Position numbers and translations under genes: made by a program. A model generated the notes under the pieces. That model ran no database searches. It was not told where the DNA came from and was given only the letters and a program-made list of their open reading frames with translations. Of a stretch of 64,000 nt of DNA, positions 27,549 to 42,650 are shown in pieces; position 1 is the first letter of the stretch; every line of letters starts with the position of its first letter. This stretch comes from Dipteris shenzhenensis. Taxonomy: Eukaryota. The stretch lies in assembly GCA_047967505.1 (NCBI GenBank), contig CM106538.1, one strand, 5' to 3'.

Positions 27549-27821
27549 CATATGTTAGGTATAATAAAGGAACTCAAGTATCCTCATTGAATGCAAACTT
27601 GGCGCTATCTCTTCTTTTCTTTTTGAGCTTTTTCCAACGTTACGTTGGCCCTCCTTTGATTGGTGGAGGGCTATTTTCCTTCTGGGAGGCTAAAAGGCCC
27701 CAAAATGAGCTTTGATTTTTTCTAATGGGGTGTGTGTGTGCACACGCGTGCAGCAATTCCAAATGATGAAATCAATCCATCACTCAGCTCATCCCATTTG
27801 TTTGTCTATCAGTCAGTCAAT

Positions 27822-27824
<3 letters not shown>

Positions 27825-27888
<64 letters not shown>
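27825..27888. repeat. (CT)n microsatellite
   Basis: Uninterrupted CT run. Confidence 0.98.
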
Positions 27889-27891
<3 letters not shown>

Positions 27892-29554
27892 GTCTCTCTC
27901 ATGCATGTGAGTCAAGGCAAGGCAATTTCGATTGGCAAAAGTGAGGCATTACTTGGACTAACAAACTCAAACCCTGACCAAAACCTAAAAACTCACAAAA
28001 ATTTGGCAAAATCTAGTCAAGACGACAGTAGCAAGGAAATTGCACCTTATGTGGTAATGGCGAGAATGGCTCATTTTATAGAACTATCTACATATATCAT
28101 ACAATATATTGATTTTGGAGATTTGGGAGGGATTTAAAATGGATATTGTTTAATCAGTGGTTTAAAACATTTAAAATGTATTTTTTCGACCTGTGATCAT
28201 TTTAAATTGGTCTAGCAGTGCTTCTTAACTGGGATTGGTTGCAGGGGTTGCCCCATGGTAAATCCATAAACTGTGCGATAAAATGGGGAAAACACCACAC
28301 ATTATTTCTATTTATCACGTAGTATTTTAAATACCACTTGATATTTTCAATTACCATGTGGGATTAAGCCAAATAGCGCTCGGTATTGCTAGTTTACTAC
28401 GAGGTATAATTGACTATATGAAACTTTTGCACCCACATCGTATAGTTTGCATTCTCGGGATTCTAGGACTGCTTAAAGTCTCGATTAAGACAAAAAGGGA
28501 TTCCAAAAAGGATAAACAAAGATTTCATACAAATTTGTAAGTTTTTTAAATCCTTTTAAAAAGTGTCCAGTGTTGGTAGTGGGCTCGCCTAGGCTAGCTT
28601 ATATCTACCCACACTAGAATGCAAATTGCATAAATGCAAAGCTCTTCATTTAAATTTATCATTTGAAATTTGAAAACTTTGTTATTATAAAAATAAGTAA
28701 AAATTTTAATATAGGGGTAGGAAATGTGAAGTTAATTTCATGAAAATATGAAAGCAATCATATTTTTCGTAGGCATAAACTATATAGTTGTTAAAAATAA
28801 TTTAAAAAGTAAAATTTTGTAGTAGTCATAGACTATATAGTACAAAAAACATGTTTTTAGTAGTCATAAACTATATAGTTTTTAAAAATAGTTTAAAAAG
28901 TAAATGTTTTCGTAAGAAAATATCTATGTGCCAGTGGAGGGTCCGCATTTGCTAACCCGTAACTACTCATATACGGATACAAAATATAAATTAGTCTTTG
29001 TGCCAGTTGGGAAGTTCGCTGATGTCAACCTGTAACAACTTGCACATGGATGTAAAAATACTATATTATATTTTATAGTTTATAGTTATTACTAGTAAGA
29101 GAGAAATACTTGGCTTTAAGCAGTTGTGACTTGGTTTTGCTAGCTGCTGATAACAACCCATTGAAAGTCTAGCCGATTGTGTAGCTCACAATTGCTAACT
29201 TGAGCCTTGTATCAACCCAAAAATTACACGCTATAGATTGTTATGGACGATACTTGTTTAGTAAGACAAAACTTTTGTCATATTATAACATACATTCAAT
29301 ATGGTTTATAAGTTGCATGAGATGTGCGATCATGTACCTTCTATAAATATGAAACAATATAGACTTTAAAGTTTTTAATAATAAACTAAACTTATTTTAG
29401 AAGTTGTAAAAAAATATTTAAACATGTAAATTATTTTAAGAGAGAATTGATGATACATGTAGATGTAGAGAAGTGTAATCATAGTAACATTTTAACATAG
29501 CTAGGTGTCCTCTTGACTCTCTAGATTCAAAAAAAGAATGATGATAATTGCATG

Positions 29555-30795
29555 TGTAAGTATCTCTAGCTACTGCACTAGTGGTGTGAAACACCGACAC
29601 TCGTGTACAGAGCATGATGTTGCAAACGATCATAGTGTAGATAGATGCTTGCTTGGGAGAGAGAAGGATGTGGAAAAAGGCAAGCTACCATCCCATGCCT
29701 ATTTCAATAGGTAGGTTATCACATCTATAATCATCCAATTACATCGGGAGGGGGCAACACAATTGGATGGTTTCTCTCTCTTGAGGTCCATCTCACTTAC
29801 ATGGAATGGATTTAGGGAAATGTCACTCATTAAATGTACACACTAACAAGAAAAGCATAGCTACTTGAAAGTTCTTGAATTGCTAATACATTTTATGAAT
29901 GAGATTGTTAATCTCTTTTACATGGACAATAATCATGGTGGAGAGAGAGGATAGGGTAGGACAACAACAATCCCAGAATGAAGCTCATGGATGAGGGCAA
30001 AATCTTGCAAAACTACAAGATTTTGTTACAATGTTAGATCATCAGAAGTGGAGATGCAACGTTTGCAACCGAGTGTTCACAAGGTCGTCCTTAAGGATGA
30101 TGAAAATTTTGATGGGCGATGAGAAAAAACAAATAACAAGGTGTGAGAGACCTAGTGTCAAATCTATTACTGCCATTCTGTGAGGCATTACCCTTGTAGA
30201 TGTGGATCCCATGGTAGAAAGTAGTATATCATGTGAAGAACCTAAAATTTAGATGAGTGATAGTGGAACATGCATGATGCATCCAATTACAACTATGCCA
30301 ATGTAATGTGACAACGATTTGGAGCATGAGAATTTCAAATCAAATGCTAGTTTCATACATGCCTTGTTTTGTAATACATGTAAAGGCATACGATGTATTA
30401 GGACTTGGTTATGTTGAATCAAATGCCATTTTGTAGATATTTTAGACTGTGTATAATGTGTCAAAATACTTTCAAATCTTAAAAATAGTTGTTGTTTCTT
30501 TATGGTTGAAAGGTAGTCATCGTGTTGCCAAAGAACTACCACATTGATGTAAGTATTGCTAGCTACTACACTAGTGTGTGTGAGATACTAACATTTGTAT
30601 ACAAAGCATGGTGTTGTGAATGATCATAGTGTAGATAGATGCTTACTCGAGAGAGAGGAGGAGATGGGAAAAGGCAACTTTCCATCCCTCACATATTTCC
30701 ATAGGTAGATTACCACAACTATAATCATCCAATTATGTTAGGACGGGGCAAGACAATTTGATGGTTGTTGTTTCTCGAGGTCTACCTCACTGACA
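29555..30795 (+). mobile_element. Small non-autonomous LTR element (TRIM-like), old
   Basis: Diverged ~247-bp direct repeats 29555-29801 and 30548-30795 with TGTAAG...ACA ends. TGG follows the first repeat. No clear TSD or ORF. Confidence 0.7.
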
Positions 30796-30849
30796 TGATG
30801 TTGTCAGAGTAATGCTGAGATCATATTTTCTTGCCCCAAATCTGCTAGC

Positions 30850-32056
30850 AGTCCAATGGGTTTCAAACTTCCTGACATGGCTGTCTGGGTCTAGTCCTCT
30901 CTTCCCATCAAATTTTGATGCTTTGACTAATGGGTTATGCATTCTGACAAGTGGTGGAACAAGTGCTCTCCTTTTTGGTTGGGGAGAGGGATTGAAGTTC
31001 AGTTATCTTTAAGCAGCGATGTATAAGACTACACCTAAATGTGTGTCGAGTGTAGTTCATAGGAAAGTTTCAATCGGTGTTGAAGCACTCAACACTCCAA
31101 GCTCATTTGTTGCTTCTTGGATTTTCAAGCTGTGAGATGAATTTTTTGATGAACTTTCTCCACTCGGTATGTAGTTAGGATCCTCAAAGATTCTATCACC
31201 ATCTGGATCTGTTGGACTTTCGGCTTCAGCTTTTGCTCTATTTCTTGTTAAGTATCATGAGCCAACTCGGTTTGGTGACGGTGGGTACTTAGTTTCTTCC
31301 GACATTCGCTAGGAGTGCCTCCATGAAACAGATTAACTATGTCAAAATGTTCTTCACTTGAGTCTGCAACATAGATGCCAATGCTAGTTGCATAGCATAG
31401 TCAGCTTGCAAAAGTAGAAGATTTAGTTAGTGATATTGTCGTCTTTGTCCACCAGTGTTTGATGAAGTTGCTATCTTGATCTTCTTCAGATCTTCTTTAC
31501 TATTGGCTTGGACATTGTTGATTCAAACATTGTTCCACCTTATTTTTGGCTTCTTTCTTGAGGTATTGGCCCAAGATACTCCTTAGCACCTTCATAGCTT
31601 TTTTGGCTTGTCCATTGTGCATTGGGTAAATTATGGTGACATTCTCAAGCTTCTCAGTCTTGATTCTTTTACTAGCTCTATGTCTTTTGTTGTGGTCTTG
31701 CTTTGTCATGCACCTACCTTCCAGCTTTAGTTGTCATCTTTCTAAGCTCGAACATGTAGTAGGATTGCCAAATGTGTTCTTGGTATGCACAATGCAGAAC
31801 ACTTAGTAATATCATGTACAAAAATACATAGGCACTTGAGAACATAAAGTATATTTGGAACAAAATCATAAAGGAAATGACAATGAAAGAACAACTATAC
31901 ACATATTTTGAGAGACAAAAGCTACAACAACTGCTGCATACAAAACTTCTCATTCATTTTTTGTCTTGGAAATCACAAGAACAACCTCCTTTTTTATTAG
32001 CAAGAGACATACAATAGTTCCATTATAGTCGGCCCTGACAACATGATTGTTGGGAC
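30850..32056 (-). mobile_element. Possible LTR + PBS + start of gag of another LTR retrotransposon
   Basis: Minus strand ..CATCAAACA-C-TGGTGGAC near 31447-31456, followed by a gag-like start MILTRNRAKAE..IFEDPNYIP. Boundaries are uncertain. Confidence 0.4.
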
Positions 32057-32811
32057 AAAATCCAAAGTAGTGGCTTGCTAACTTTCATAACCGAGTACTA
32101 CCCAAGACCAACGTATCACAATATTCTATTCTATATTAGTCGATGACCTAGCAGGGTGGTGAAACTACCCCTCAACAACAATGTCAATTCAAAAGAGAGA
32201 GAATAGCAATCCTAGATTCTTGAGAGAGATCCAAAATTAGGATTCAGAATAGAATTATTTTATCTTGTACAGCCATTGGGCTAGTGACCACAAATCTTGA
32301 ACAAATGAAATGTATGCCATTCATCTTGTAATAATCAAAGGAAACCACCACACTAGTGTAGTCTGTGGTAGTTAATCCTAGAAAACTTATCGTGTGCAAA
32401 CAACCACCACTCTAGTCGCAATCCTAAAATAGTTTGTATAGATGCAATGGCTAATATGGCCCTTGAGGGGTCCCACACCTCAAGGGCCCATATATCATGT
32501 ATAACCATCGACTACACTAGTGTGCTACCATTGTGCTAGTTGCGATCTTGTATGCGATCCTAAAATTACCACTATGCGGGTATGCAAACCTAAAACTACC
32601 ACCGTGTTTGTATGCAATCCTAAAACAACCACCGTGGTATAGATACAGTTGTTTGGTATGGCCCTTGAGGGGTCCCCTTTAGGAGCAAGGGACATATCGA
32701 CATGTTATTGAACACATACTAGCATGTAGATATGGTCCTTGAGGGATCCCCTTAGGGGGAAAGGGCCATATTGACATGCCACTAGACAAATATGGCATGT
32801 TGATATGGCCT

Positions 32812-33194
32812 GTGATGTGGGGATGAATCCTTATGCCTAATTTTTGATATTACAAAAGCTTATGTACATATTTGAATTTTGGAATATTAGTGGCTTGGCT
32901 AAGTGTATAAACTAAAGTTAGAAAAAGCTTTATTTTTAGAAAAAGCCAGCTATTCTAGAAGGTGGATGGGCTTTTTGTAAAAGGGTGTATGGAGGAAAGC
33001 ACAGGGGCTTTTTGTATGATTCTTGCTCGGAAGCTTTTTGGGAAATATACATAAATACATAGGAGGTAGAGATTGTACCCAGCATACTTGTTCTGTCTCT
33101 TCCGTTTGTGAGTTTTGAGAGTTTGTGCATATTTTCGAAGAGTGGTGTTGTGTTTTTCAAGGATTTGCAGGTTCCATGAGCATTTCCCATCGCA
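32812..33194 (+). repeat. 5' LTR, portion matching the 3' LTR
   Basis: Aligns by eye to about 40007-40416 and ends CGCA before the PBS. Confidence 0.88.
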
Positions 33195-35168
33195 GTGGTA
33201 TCAGAGCTAGGTTTCATCGTCCATAGCACGGGAAGCACATGCACCCTGCGTCCTTGAACAAGAAACCGCAGCATGCATCAGATTGTGGACACCACGCACA
33301 AGAGCGCAATGAAGTTCGAAGCAGCAAAAGCGAACAATGTAGAATGATTCGTAGGCAAGAAAACGCACACCCATGCCTTAGCTCCTCCAAGCGTACGACA
33401 AAGGCGGCGGCCAAGGCATAGTCCTTGGCATACCTGGCATTGAAGGCATCGTTGGATGCACGCGAAGAAGCTTTGGGAGATTGCTCTTAAAACTTCCCGA
33501 GAGGTCCCCCATCCCGGTACTGTTCTAGCTCAAGTCCCCTTAACAATTGTTGACTATCCACTAGATCAAGTCACTTTGTTGCTCTATTCTTTGAAGTTCC
33601 TAGTCATAAAGATATCCTTCAAGGAAAAAGTGAAAACAAGGGAGCAACCCAATGGATTTTGGAAGAGGAGAATCTCAAAAGCAAGTGTTCACAAGAGTAG
33701 GATGCAGCCTACAAGTGCTATCGGACATGAGATTTGCTTTGTACCTTGCAACATGGATTCACTTGTTGGAATCGTGTGAATTCGAGAGCCCACAGAGATA
33801 CTATTCGACAAATAGCTACTTTCAAAGCTTGGAAACCGAATTGAGATAAGTCTTGTGTTTGTGTGTATTTCCTTTCATAGTGATTTCTTCTTTGCACCGT
33901 GCACATAATTAACTATGTCTGGAAGGTGTATTCCATCAGAGATAGGTTATCCTGAAGATCTACATCATGATGAGGATGTGGAAAACGATCACCATCAGTT
34001 AAGAAGAAGTTCAACACCGATGACGCTTACTGAGGAAGAATGGCGAGAATGCTATCAGCATGAGAAGCAACAATGTCAAGATATTGAAGATGCTCTACGC
34101 CAAGTGATGACAACTTGGAAGCCACCTATATTGATTGAGGATGAGGAAGCTATGCATGCATCAGATTCACTGGATGCATGGAAACATCATGCACGAGACC
34201 TGGAACAGGAACTTGAGTACATGCGCAACATGTGTGACACGCATAAAGCCAATGAAGAACGCACAAATCGAGTGTTAAAAGAGATGACTGAAGTCACAAA
34301 CAAGCGTATGAAGGACAGAGATGATGAAAAAAGTGAAAGTAGCAAATCATCAGACACAAGTGATAGTGAGCGTGGAAGAAGCAAAACGAGACATCAAAGG
34401 AAGAAGAAGCGACATGTGAAGACTTCACTACGATGACATCATGACACTACTCCTTCACATGAGTCTAGTGAGGATGAAGACGACGTGGGAAAGGCCATCT
34501 TGAAAGCACTCAAGCTTCGTGATAAGAAGAAGTCTGGTAAGATTAATCGTAAAACTTTTTCTTTTCCAAAATATGATGGTAAAAGAGATGGACAAGCTTT
34601 ACTTGTGTGGATTAGTTCTTTCAATCAATACTTTTTGGGAGAACGGTACGAAGAGATCGAGAAGGTAAAACTTGATGCGAGTCACATGACAAGCAGTGCA
34701 CAATTATGGTGGAGTGTGGTTGCCGAAAGCACTCATGTTCCAAAGACATGGGAAGCATTCAAAGATAAAATCAAGAAGTGCTTCCTACCTACACAGTTTG
34801 AAGAGGATACTCGCAGGCAATGGTGAAGATTGAGGCAGTTGGATAATGAGAGTGTGGATGCATACACCGAGAAATATCTTTCCTCTCTCCTTCAATTGCA
34901 AACTATTGAGAAAGTGTCCCAAAAGGAGCAATGTTGTACCTTTGTTGAGGGTTTATGCCCTACTATTCATGCTGATGTATGTATGCTTCGACCATCTATA
35001 GCTTCTGATGCTATGGATTTGGCATTAGAGTCAGAAAGAAAGTAGGTAAGAAGCTTTGCTACTCGCACCCCTCGAGCAAAGAAGCATACTTCATACTTCA
35101 AGCAGAAGGGTGTAAGTGGTAAAGTTGGTAGATATGATGGTAAGTCTAATTGGAAACCTGCTAAGACA

Positions 35169-35798
35169 TGTTAGATATGCTCAATGCCCCACCCTCCTGG
35201 TAACCACCAGTGGTCCAAGGTGCTCAAGTTGTAAGGCCCCCATATGAGGAGAAGCCATGTGTGAGCCCGGGACACTGGATGGATCCTGACTTGCATGTCA
35301 GATGAGGTCTATCAATGAGACTGTTGATGGTAGAAAGGTGATTGTGTGAGAGCCCCTTATTCTTGCTGGGGCCTGGGGGGTCCCAAGGGGGCCAGCGGCC
35401 TCCTTGGTGGGGGTTCGGGGGCGAGAGCCCCCGAGGCGACGGTATAGGAAATATTCCTTGAATATTCTATGGACGACTAGTCGGTTCCACTGACTAGGTT
35501 GACTGGTCGGCTCCACCGACTACATTGATTCGACTACCACCCTCATAGCTATAAAGAGGCGACCTCCCCAATCCATTGTATTCGATCAGTTCAGATCAAA
35601 TCAGATCTTTCAGCTAGTAGCTCTTCACCTAATATCTGTCTAGATTGCCATCTAAGCTCCACTGTGGGAGTGCACGGGTGGATGGAACCATCATCTATAC
35701 TACATCAGTATTGAAGGAAAAGTTTGTTCGTCTCCAGTTTATTGTGTACTCTCTATTCTTTGTTCAGTTTCTGTTCCGCTGCGTCGTGTAATTTAACA
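35169..35798 (+). mobile_element. Solo LTR (630 bp) inserted in gypsy gag
   Basis: TGTTAG...TTAACA termini with 5-bp TSD AGACA (35164-35168, 35799-35803). Confidence 0.92.
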
Positions 35799-38700
35799 AG
35801 ACACGTATTAATCGAAGAACCTGAGAACTTGTCACATGTTACGAATGCAAAGAAAAGGCACACTACTCTTATGAATGTCCAAAGAATCCACTTGCTACAC
35901 ACAAGACAAGTACCCAAACAAAGAATGCTACCAACAACAATGGAGGCAATGGAGGGAGAACCAATGGACATACCAATGGTAATAGTCAATGCAACAACTC
36001 CGCACGGATCAACTACATTGATGATGGATCCCATGATAAATCTTTCAAGCAAGAGGGCGAGGATGAGGACAACGACACTAAAGATGCCGACTACACCCCT
36101 TCAGGTAAGTGTTATTCAGGTAAAAGTGCATCTTATTTTCGTACTTCTTTGTTACATATGACTGCACTATTGCACGAAAAAGAACATAGTGTCTTATTTG
36201 ATGATGGGAGCACCCATGATTTCATTTTGCAACGTTTAGTTGAAAAGTGAGGCTCCCAACCATCAAAACAAAATATAAAGTCAAATCAGCTTTTCAAGGA
36301 TCGAATTATAATTATTTGCAAATGGTTAAGGATCTTGAGGTGACTTTAGGGCCATTACTTGAGAGCCGTGATTTCTTAGTCGCTCCTTTGCGTGAGCAAG
36401 ATCTCATTCTAGGGATGCCCTGGTGCGTCGATCATAATGCCAAACCTGATTATCTTGAACACACCATTATTGTGACTCAAGGCATTGAGACTTGACTCTA
36501 GAATGCGACAAGAATCTTCCCTCTTGGCCTATATTGTCACATACCCAAGCTAAAAGAGCATTGCGCAAATGTGAGAAGACATATTTGGTTATGGTCAATA
36601 AGATTGAGGCTAGTCCTAAGACTAAAAAAACTAAGAAAGAGCCTTTGGATCCTTTTCTAGCTACCTGTGACGACTACTTTATGGAAGACTTACCCCCTGG
36701 CCTACCTCAATCTTGACTTGAGGATCATAAGATTGACCTTATTCCAGGTAGTGCACCACCGTGTAAACCACCATATAGACACAATTCTATTGAGTAGCAA
36801 GAGATTCAATTCCAAATAGATCTTTTGGCTAGAGGCCTAATTCGACCTAGTAGCTCACCATTTGGGGCACCCGTTCTTCTTGTCAAGAAGAAAAATGGAA
36901 CTTTTTGAATGTGCATCGATTATCGTGCCTTAAATAAAATCACAGTGAAAAATCGATACCCCATTCTGAGAGTTGATGATCTACTCGACAAGTTGAAAGG
37001 ATCCACAATCTTTAGCAAGATCGATCTTAAGTCAGGATATCATCAAGTGAGAGTGATCGAGCCCGATATTTTCAAGACTGCTTTTAGAACCCAAACTGGT
37101 CACTATGAATTTCTTGTTATGCCTTTTGGATTGACGTGTGCACCTACCACATTTAGTCGGATAATGAATCGTATCTTCCTACCCTATCAAGACTTTGTGG
37201 TAGTTTTCTTTGATGATATCATGATTTATAGCAAGATTCGAGAGGAACATGAGAAACACTTGGATCTTGTTTTCTCTCTCTTACGTGAGAACCAACTATA
37301 TGCCAACCCAGAGAAAAGTTCCTTTTTCCAACCTGAAATTGAATATCTTGGACACATTGTTTCAGCTGAAGGCATTCGAGTAGATCCCAAGAAGGTAGAA
37401 GTGATAGTAAACTAGCCACAGCCTAAAGATATCCATGAGTTACGATCTTTTCTAGGTCTGTGTAGTTTCTATCATAGATGTGTTAGAAATTTTGCACACA
37501 AGGCACATCCATTGACCGAACTACTGCGTAAGACTCGTGCTTTCTCTTGGGGTGAGTAGCACACTTTAGCTTTTCAACGACTTAAGGGTGCAATGATGCA
37601 CACACCAGTTTTGACCATGCCGGACTTTACAAGACCCTTCTTTGTCATGGTCACTGATGCTAGTGGACAGGGTTTTGGGGCTGTGTTCATGCAAGATAAC
37701 CATCCAATTCATTCAAGTCACGTAAATTAAAACCATCAGAGCTAAACTATTCCACGTATGATAAAGAATTAGCTGCTGTGGTGCATGCCCTTAAACTCTG
37801 GAAACACTATCTTATGGGTTTCGAGTTACTCATTAAGACTGATCACCAGAGTCTTAGACATCTCCTTACTCAGTCGGTGATCTCAGATCGGCACATTAAA
37901 TGGGCTGCCTTTATTGACAGTTTTAAACCGATGATCCAATATCAACCAAGCAAAGACAATGTAGTTGCCGATGCACTGAGCCGTCAACCTAGCATAAATA
38001 ATATCTCAATCATCGAGGGAGACCCTTTCAAGCCTATGAAGGCGGACTATCCTACTGATCGAGACTTTTCAAAAATTTGGCATAAGATTAAGCAAGCTAA
38101 TAGCACCCCTATGGCCTCGTATTCCATTCATAATGACTATCTATTCTACGAAAAGCGCTTGTGTGTCACTGCACCATTTCGACACTTGGTACTAGAACAG
38201 GTACATCAGCCCCCCTACATGGGACATAGAGGCGTCGCTGCTACGTATCAGACTGTAATTCAAGATTTTTTCTGGCCTAAGCTTAAAGTTGATGTTTCAA
38301 CTTTTGTTGTACAATGTCTTATTTGTCAAAAAGTCAAGAGCTACAAGGGCAAATATCACAGTTTACTTATGCCTTTACCAATTCCTGATGGCCCATGGGA
38401 GCAGATTTCTATGGACTTTATTACTGGGTTTCCTACGACTAGTTTAGGTTTTGATATGATTTGGACTATCATTGATAGATTTAGCAAGCATGCTTACTTT
38501 ATTCCTTGTAAGAAGACCTTGACCGCAGTTTAGGCTGCCCATTTGTTCATCAAACACATCTTTATACACCATGGCCTTCCCCCCGGGATAGTAAATTTTG
38601 TAGTAACTTCTGGACCGCACTCTTTGACAATCTTGGTACGAAGTTAGATTTTTCCACTGCTTTTCATCCCGAGTCTAATGGCCAAACCGAGGTCACACAA

Positions 38701-39475
38701 AATACTATTTGTGACATGTTATGTGCTTACGTGTCTAGTCAGCCAGGCAAATGGGACAAATTTATACACATATTACAATTTGCCTACAACAACACTAAGC
38801 ACTCTACTACAGGCAAATCTCCATTCCAAATTGTCTATGGAAAGACCATTTCTACTCCACTGACCTGCCTTAAGCACCAAGTAGAGGTTGCTAATCGATT
38901 TACTGAAGATTTCTCTAGCATTTTGGCTACTGTCAAAAAGAATATTGAGCATGCTCAAGGTGTGTATACTGCACGTGCAAACAAGGGTAGAAAGAAAGTT
39001 GTATTTGCTGAAGGTGACCTAGTCATGTTACGTATTGAGAAGTGCAGACTTAAGAGTATTGAGACACACCTTGTAGTTAAGTTTGCCCCTAAATCCTATG
39101 GTGCCTTTAAAGTTTTGGAGCGCATTAATGACAATGCCTATCGGTTTGAATTACCACCCGATTGGAAAATTCATAATTCTTTTCATGTGCACCTCCTGAA
39201 ACCTTTCCATGGAGACCCACCAGTTTGACCTATTTTAGACAATGCACCGTTGCTTCAAGGAGAGACCCAGCTCTTAGAGCCAGACCAGATCATTGATCAA
39301 CAAATCACTCAAACGCGATGTGGAAACTCGTATCCTACTTATCTTCTTACATTTAAGAACCACCCTGTTGAGGATGCTAAGTGGATGCCCGAGCGATATT
39401 TTCGCCAGTACTGTGATTTATTGACTACTTTTTTGTCGCGCAATTGAGGGCAATTGCGATTTCAAGCAAGAGGAA

Positions 39476-40416
39476 TGTTATGAGAATTGGAATTATCTTA
39501 TTAATTTAATCCTTCAGTAATTAGTTTAGTGAGATCCAGCATTTTTGTCACACAGTTGATGCATGTGTGCTCGTTGTTCCATAGTGATGCATGTGTGCCC
39601 CTACATGGCTGGATATACAGCTGCGGGCTATATGAGTGTGTAGCATTGTGTGCACCACTTACGCGATGACGGTATGTGTAGCATGTGTGCACCATTCATA
39701 CGATTTTATTCATGTGTAGCATCAGGTGCACCATGAGATGGTATGTGTTGCATGTGTGCACCATTCATCTGTGATTTATTGATTTTGCGTTGCTATAATA
39801 CTGAAAGGTTGATTGATTGCGAAGATTAATTCCAAGGTTATCTTATGCTTGAAATATTTCATTACTATTGATCGTGTGAATCCAGGGGATGAGTAATTAA
39901 TTGGGCGATGGCATTTGGCAAGCATGATCTGCCATATTTTGGGCACGTAGGCGCAACTCCAGTGATGCGGGGACTGGCATATTTTGGGCGCGTAGGTGCA
40001 ACTCCAGTGATGCGGGGATGAATAAGGCTTATGCCTAATTTTTGATATTACAAAAGCTTATGTACATATTTGAATTTTGGAATATTAGTGGCTTGGCTAA
40101 GTGTATAAACTGAAGTTAGAAAAAGCTTTATTTTTAGAAAAAGCCAGCTATTCTAGAAGGTGGATGGCTTTTTGTAAAAAGGTGTATGGAGGAAAGCACA
40201 GGGGCTTTTTGTATGATTCTTACTCGGAAGCTTTTTGGGAAATATACATGAATACATAGGAGGTGGAAGGAGAGCACCGCTCCTATGGGGGGAGATTGTA
40301 CCCAGCATGCTTGTTCTGTCTCTTCTGTTTGTGAGTTTTGAGAGTTTGTGCATATTTTCGAAGAGTGTTGCTGTGTTTTTCAAGGATTTGCAAGTTCCAT
40401 GAGCATTTCCGGTCGC
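39476..40416 (+). repeat. 3' LTR of the gypsy element
   Basis: Starts TGTTATG after AAGAGGAA and ends GGTCGCA. Confidence 0.88.
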
Positions 40417-41899
40417 ACAGACGCATCCACACACATACACTCATACACACACACATACACACATCATCATTACACTAGTACTACTGGCTAATACCTAAAT
40501 AATTCATTTATACAATTCTTGTTGCCCTTTATTTTGTTATACCCATACTGATGACTCACACACACACTTACAGCATGATGTGCATTCTATGGTTAATGCA
40601 GGGTACCACTAATTTGGGGGAAGAATGACCTACTGAGAGGTCATACATGATGAAGGGGTGCCTTCTACATGACTTATGCAAGGAGAATTTGTCATATCTA
40701 TTTTGGTTTAGTATGGATTGTTTATTTCTGATGTAGTTCAGTAACATTCTATGGTTGAGTAGTGTGTTTTTATTACGTAATTTGGGTATGTATCTTGAAT
40801 TGTGATAAATCTATGAGATAGAACTCATGAACACTTATGCAATAAAATCATTATGGTCTCTGTACCTGTACGGTGGACTTCATATGTATCAAAAGTTATC
40901 CACGGTTTCAATTCAACTTCTGCAATTTTCCCTGGAGACTCATCATGGATATCTGAGGTTACAACTGGGGATCCCCCCAATAACATTATGATGACCTCCT
41001 CTTCACAATTCTACAACATATATTCTAAACTCATAACTAAATGTCTTGCTTTGTGTACTCTATCGTATATACTTGATTATTTGGCAGGTACTTGCTCTGT
41101 ATTTCTAATCTAATGCCTTGACTCTTTTAGTATGGTCATGTAATTTTTATACATGAAGTAACCAAAGGCTAAAGGGACTATATAGATCCACTGCATTATT
41201 GGGCAGAGAATGTATATGGAGGATTCAATATGTTTGTAGAATGATGCAGGAGAGGGAAGATGAGGTAGCTTTAAAAGCTATAGATAAGGGAGAGTGGATT
41301 TGGAGGATTTATCTGGAGGATTCTATATGTTAGTAAAATGTACATGGATGATTCTATATGTTTAGAGATATGAAGAATTCTGTATGTTAGTAAAATGAGG
41401 CAGGAGAGGGAAGATGAGGTATCTTTAAAAGCTATAGACAAGGGAGAGTGGATTTGGTAAGGATGCATGCATAGATGGATATAGTCAATAAGATTATAGC
41501 AATTAGTGGTGGTTGGAATGCTAGGTGATCTAGGTCAATGCATTCTGGTAGCTTGGTAGAAATTGTAGTGGTGGGGTAGTGTACAACTTCCTTGCTAAGA
41601 GACTGCCAGCAACATTGCATTTTTGTGAATACTAATTAATTGTTTAACTTGGGGCTACTTAGAACCGGCTTGGGCGATTTTTGGTAGTAGTAGGTGATGG
41701 CTGGGAGATGAGAAACCACTCGCTTGCATTGGGCACTTGTTGCTTTTGATGTGGGGGGGTGCATTGGATGGCTATGGGTGGGTCGTAGGGGGCATGCCAC
41801 TCTTGAATTTTAACAAAGCCAAAGGTGGACAACAATCCACAATTGGTCTACCATATTCGTGATGAGGTTGTTCTCCTCCTGTTATCCTCAACCACAAGA

Positions 41900-42650
41900 A
41901 TGTATTAGATTGGGACCTAGTGGCCCTATTGTGTAGGGTGTATGATTGGCTTCATGGTTGGGGAGATGTATTGTGGTTATATGAGATGGGTGATGATCAC
42001 CTTGTCATGACCTCTTCCAACTTTCATAGTACTTCTTTTAGTTACCTTCCTGTGCTATGACGTGCTAGACTTATCCTTTGTTGAGTGCTTATGGAGTTCC
42101 CTACTAAAGGATTTGGACTAGGCCCTCCAGATTGCATTCAAAGATACCAAAGACACTTGGCCTCTCTCAATGCTTAGCAAATTAAGGCTGGCCTTAGGGT
42201 CAATGGTAGGCATGGATGGTCTTCGTATTGGGAAACCCTTATAGAGGTGATCCACTCCACGGCTAGAGCACAATCGTGCGGTTGCATTGGATGAAGTTGT
42301 GGTTGGCACAGGTTGGTTGTCCTTGTAAGGGCAATCCTTCAGATAATGAGGTCCCTGGCATTTACAACAAGAAGGACACCCATTGGCTCTATGAGGACCT
42401 TGACATGTATAGCACTGAATGGGTGGTCTTCTTGTCAAGGTATTCATTTCTCTAGCCTTTTGACAAATAGGGGCTGTTTGGTATCTTGGAATATACTGAT
42501 CACCTTGCATAACATTACAACTTATAAACACACCCCATTAGGGTGGGAAATAAAGCATGCCATGATTAGTGATCTAGGGAGGGGAGGAGAGGGTTTGAAT
42601 ATGAGGAGGGTGCATGGATGTAGTCAAATTAAGGTCCTTTGGTGACTGCG
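41900..42650 (-). pseudogene. Degenerate retrotransposon gag fragment with tandem zinc knuckles
   Basis: CYTCQGPHRANGC..CKCQGPHYLKDCP in ORF 42118-42531. Confidence 0.6.

Larger units (their letters stand above)
32812..40416 (+). mobile_element. Ty3/gypsy chromovirus-type LTR retrotransposon, disrupted
   Basis: PBS TGGTATCAGAGC 33196-33207; gag 33915-35160 (FPKYDG, AQLWW, TWEAFK); protease LFDDGSTHDFI near 36195; RT ([26 protein letters not shown]); RNase H (TDAS); integrase (WEQISMDFITG); chromodomain 39250-39447; purine tract before 3' LTR 39476-40416. Confidence 0.96.
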
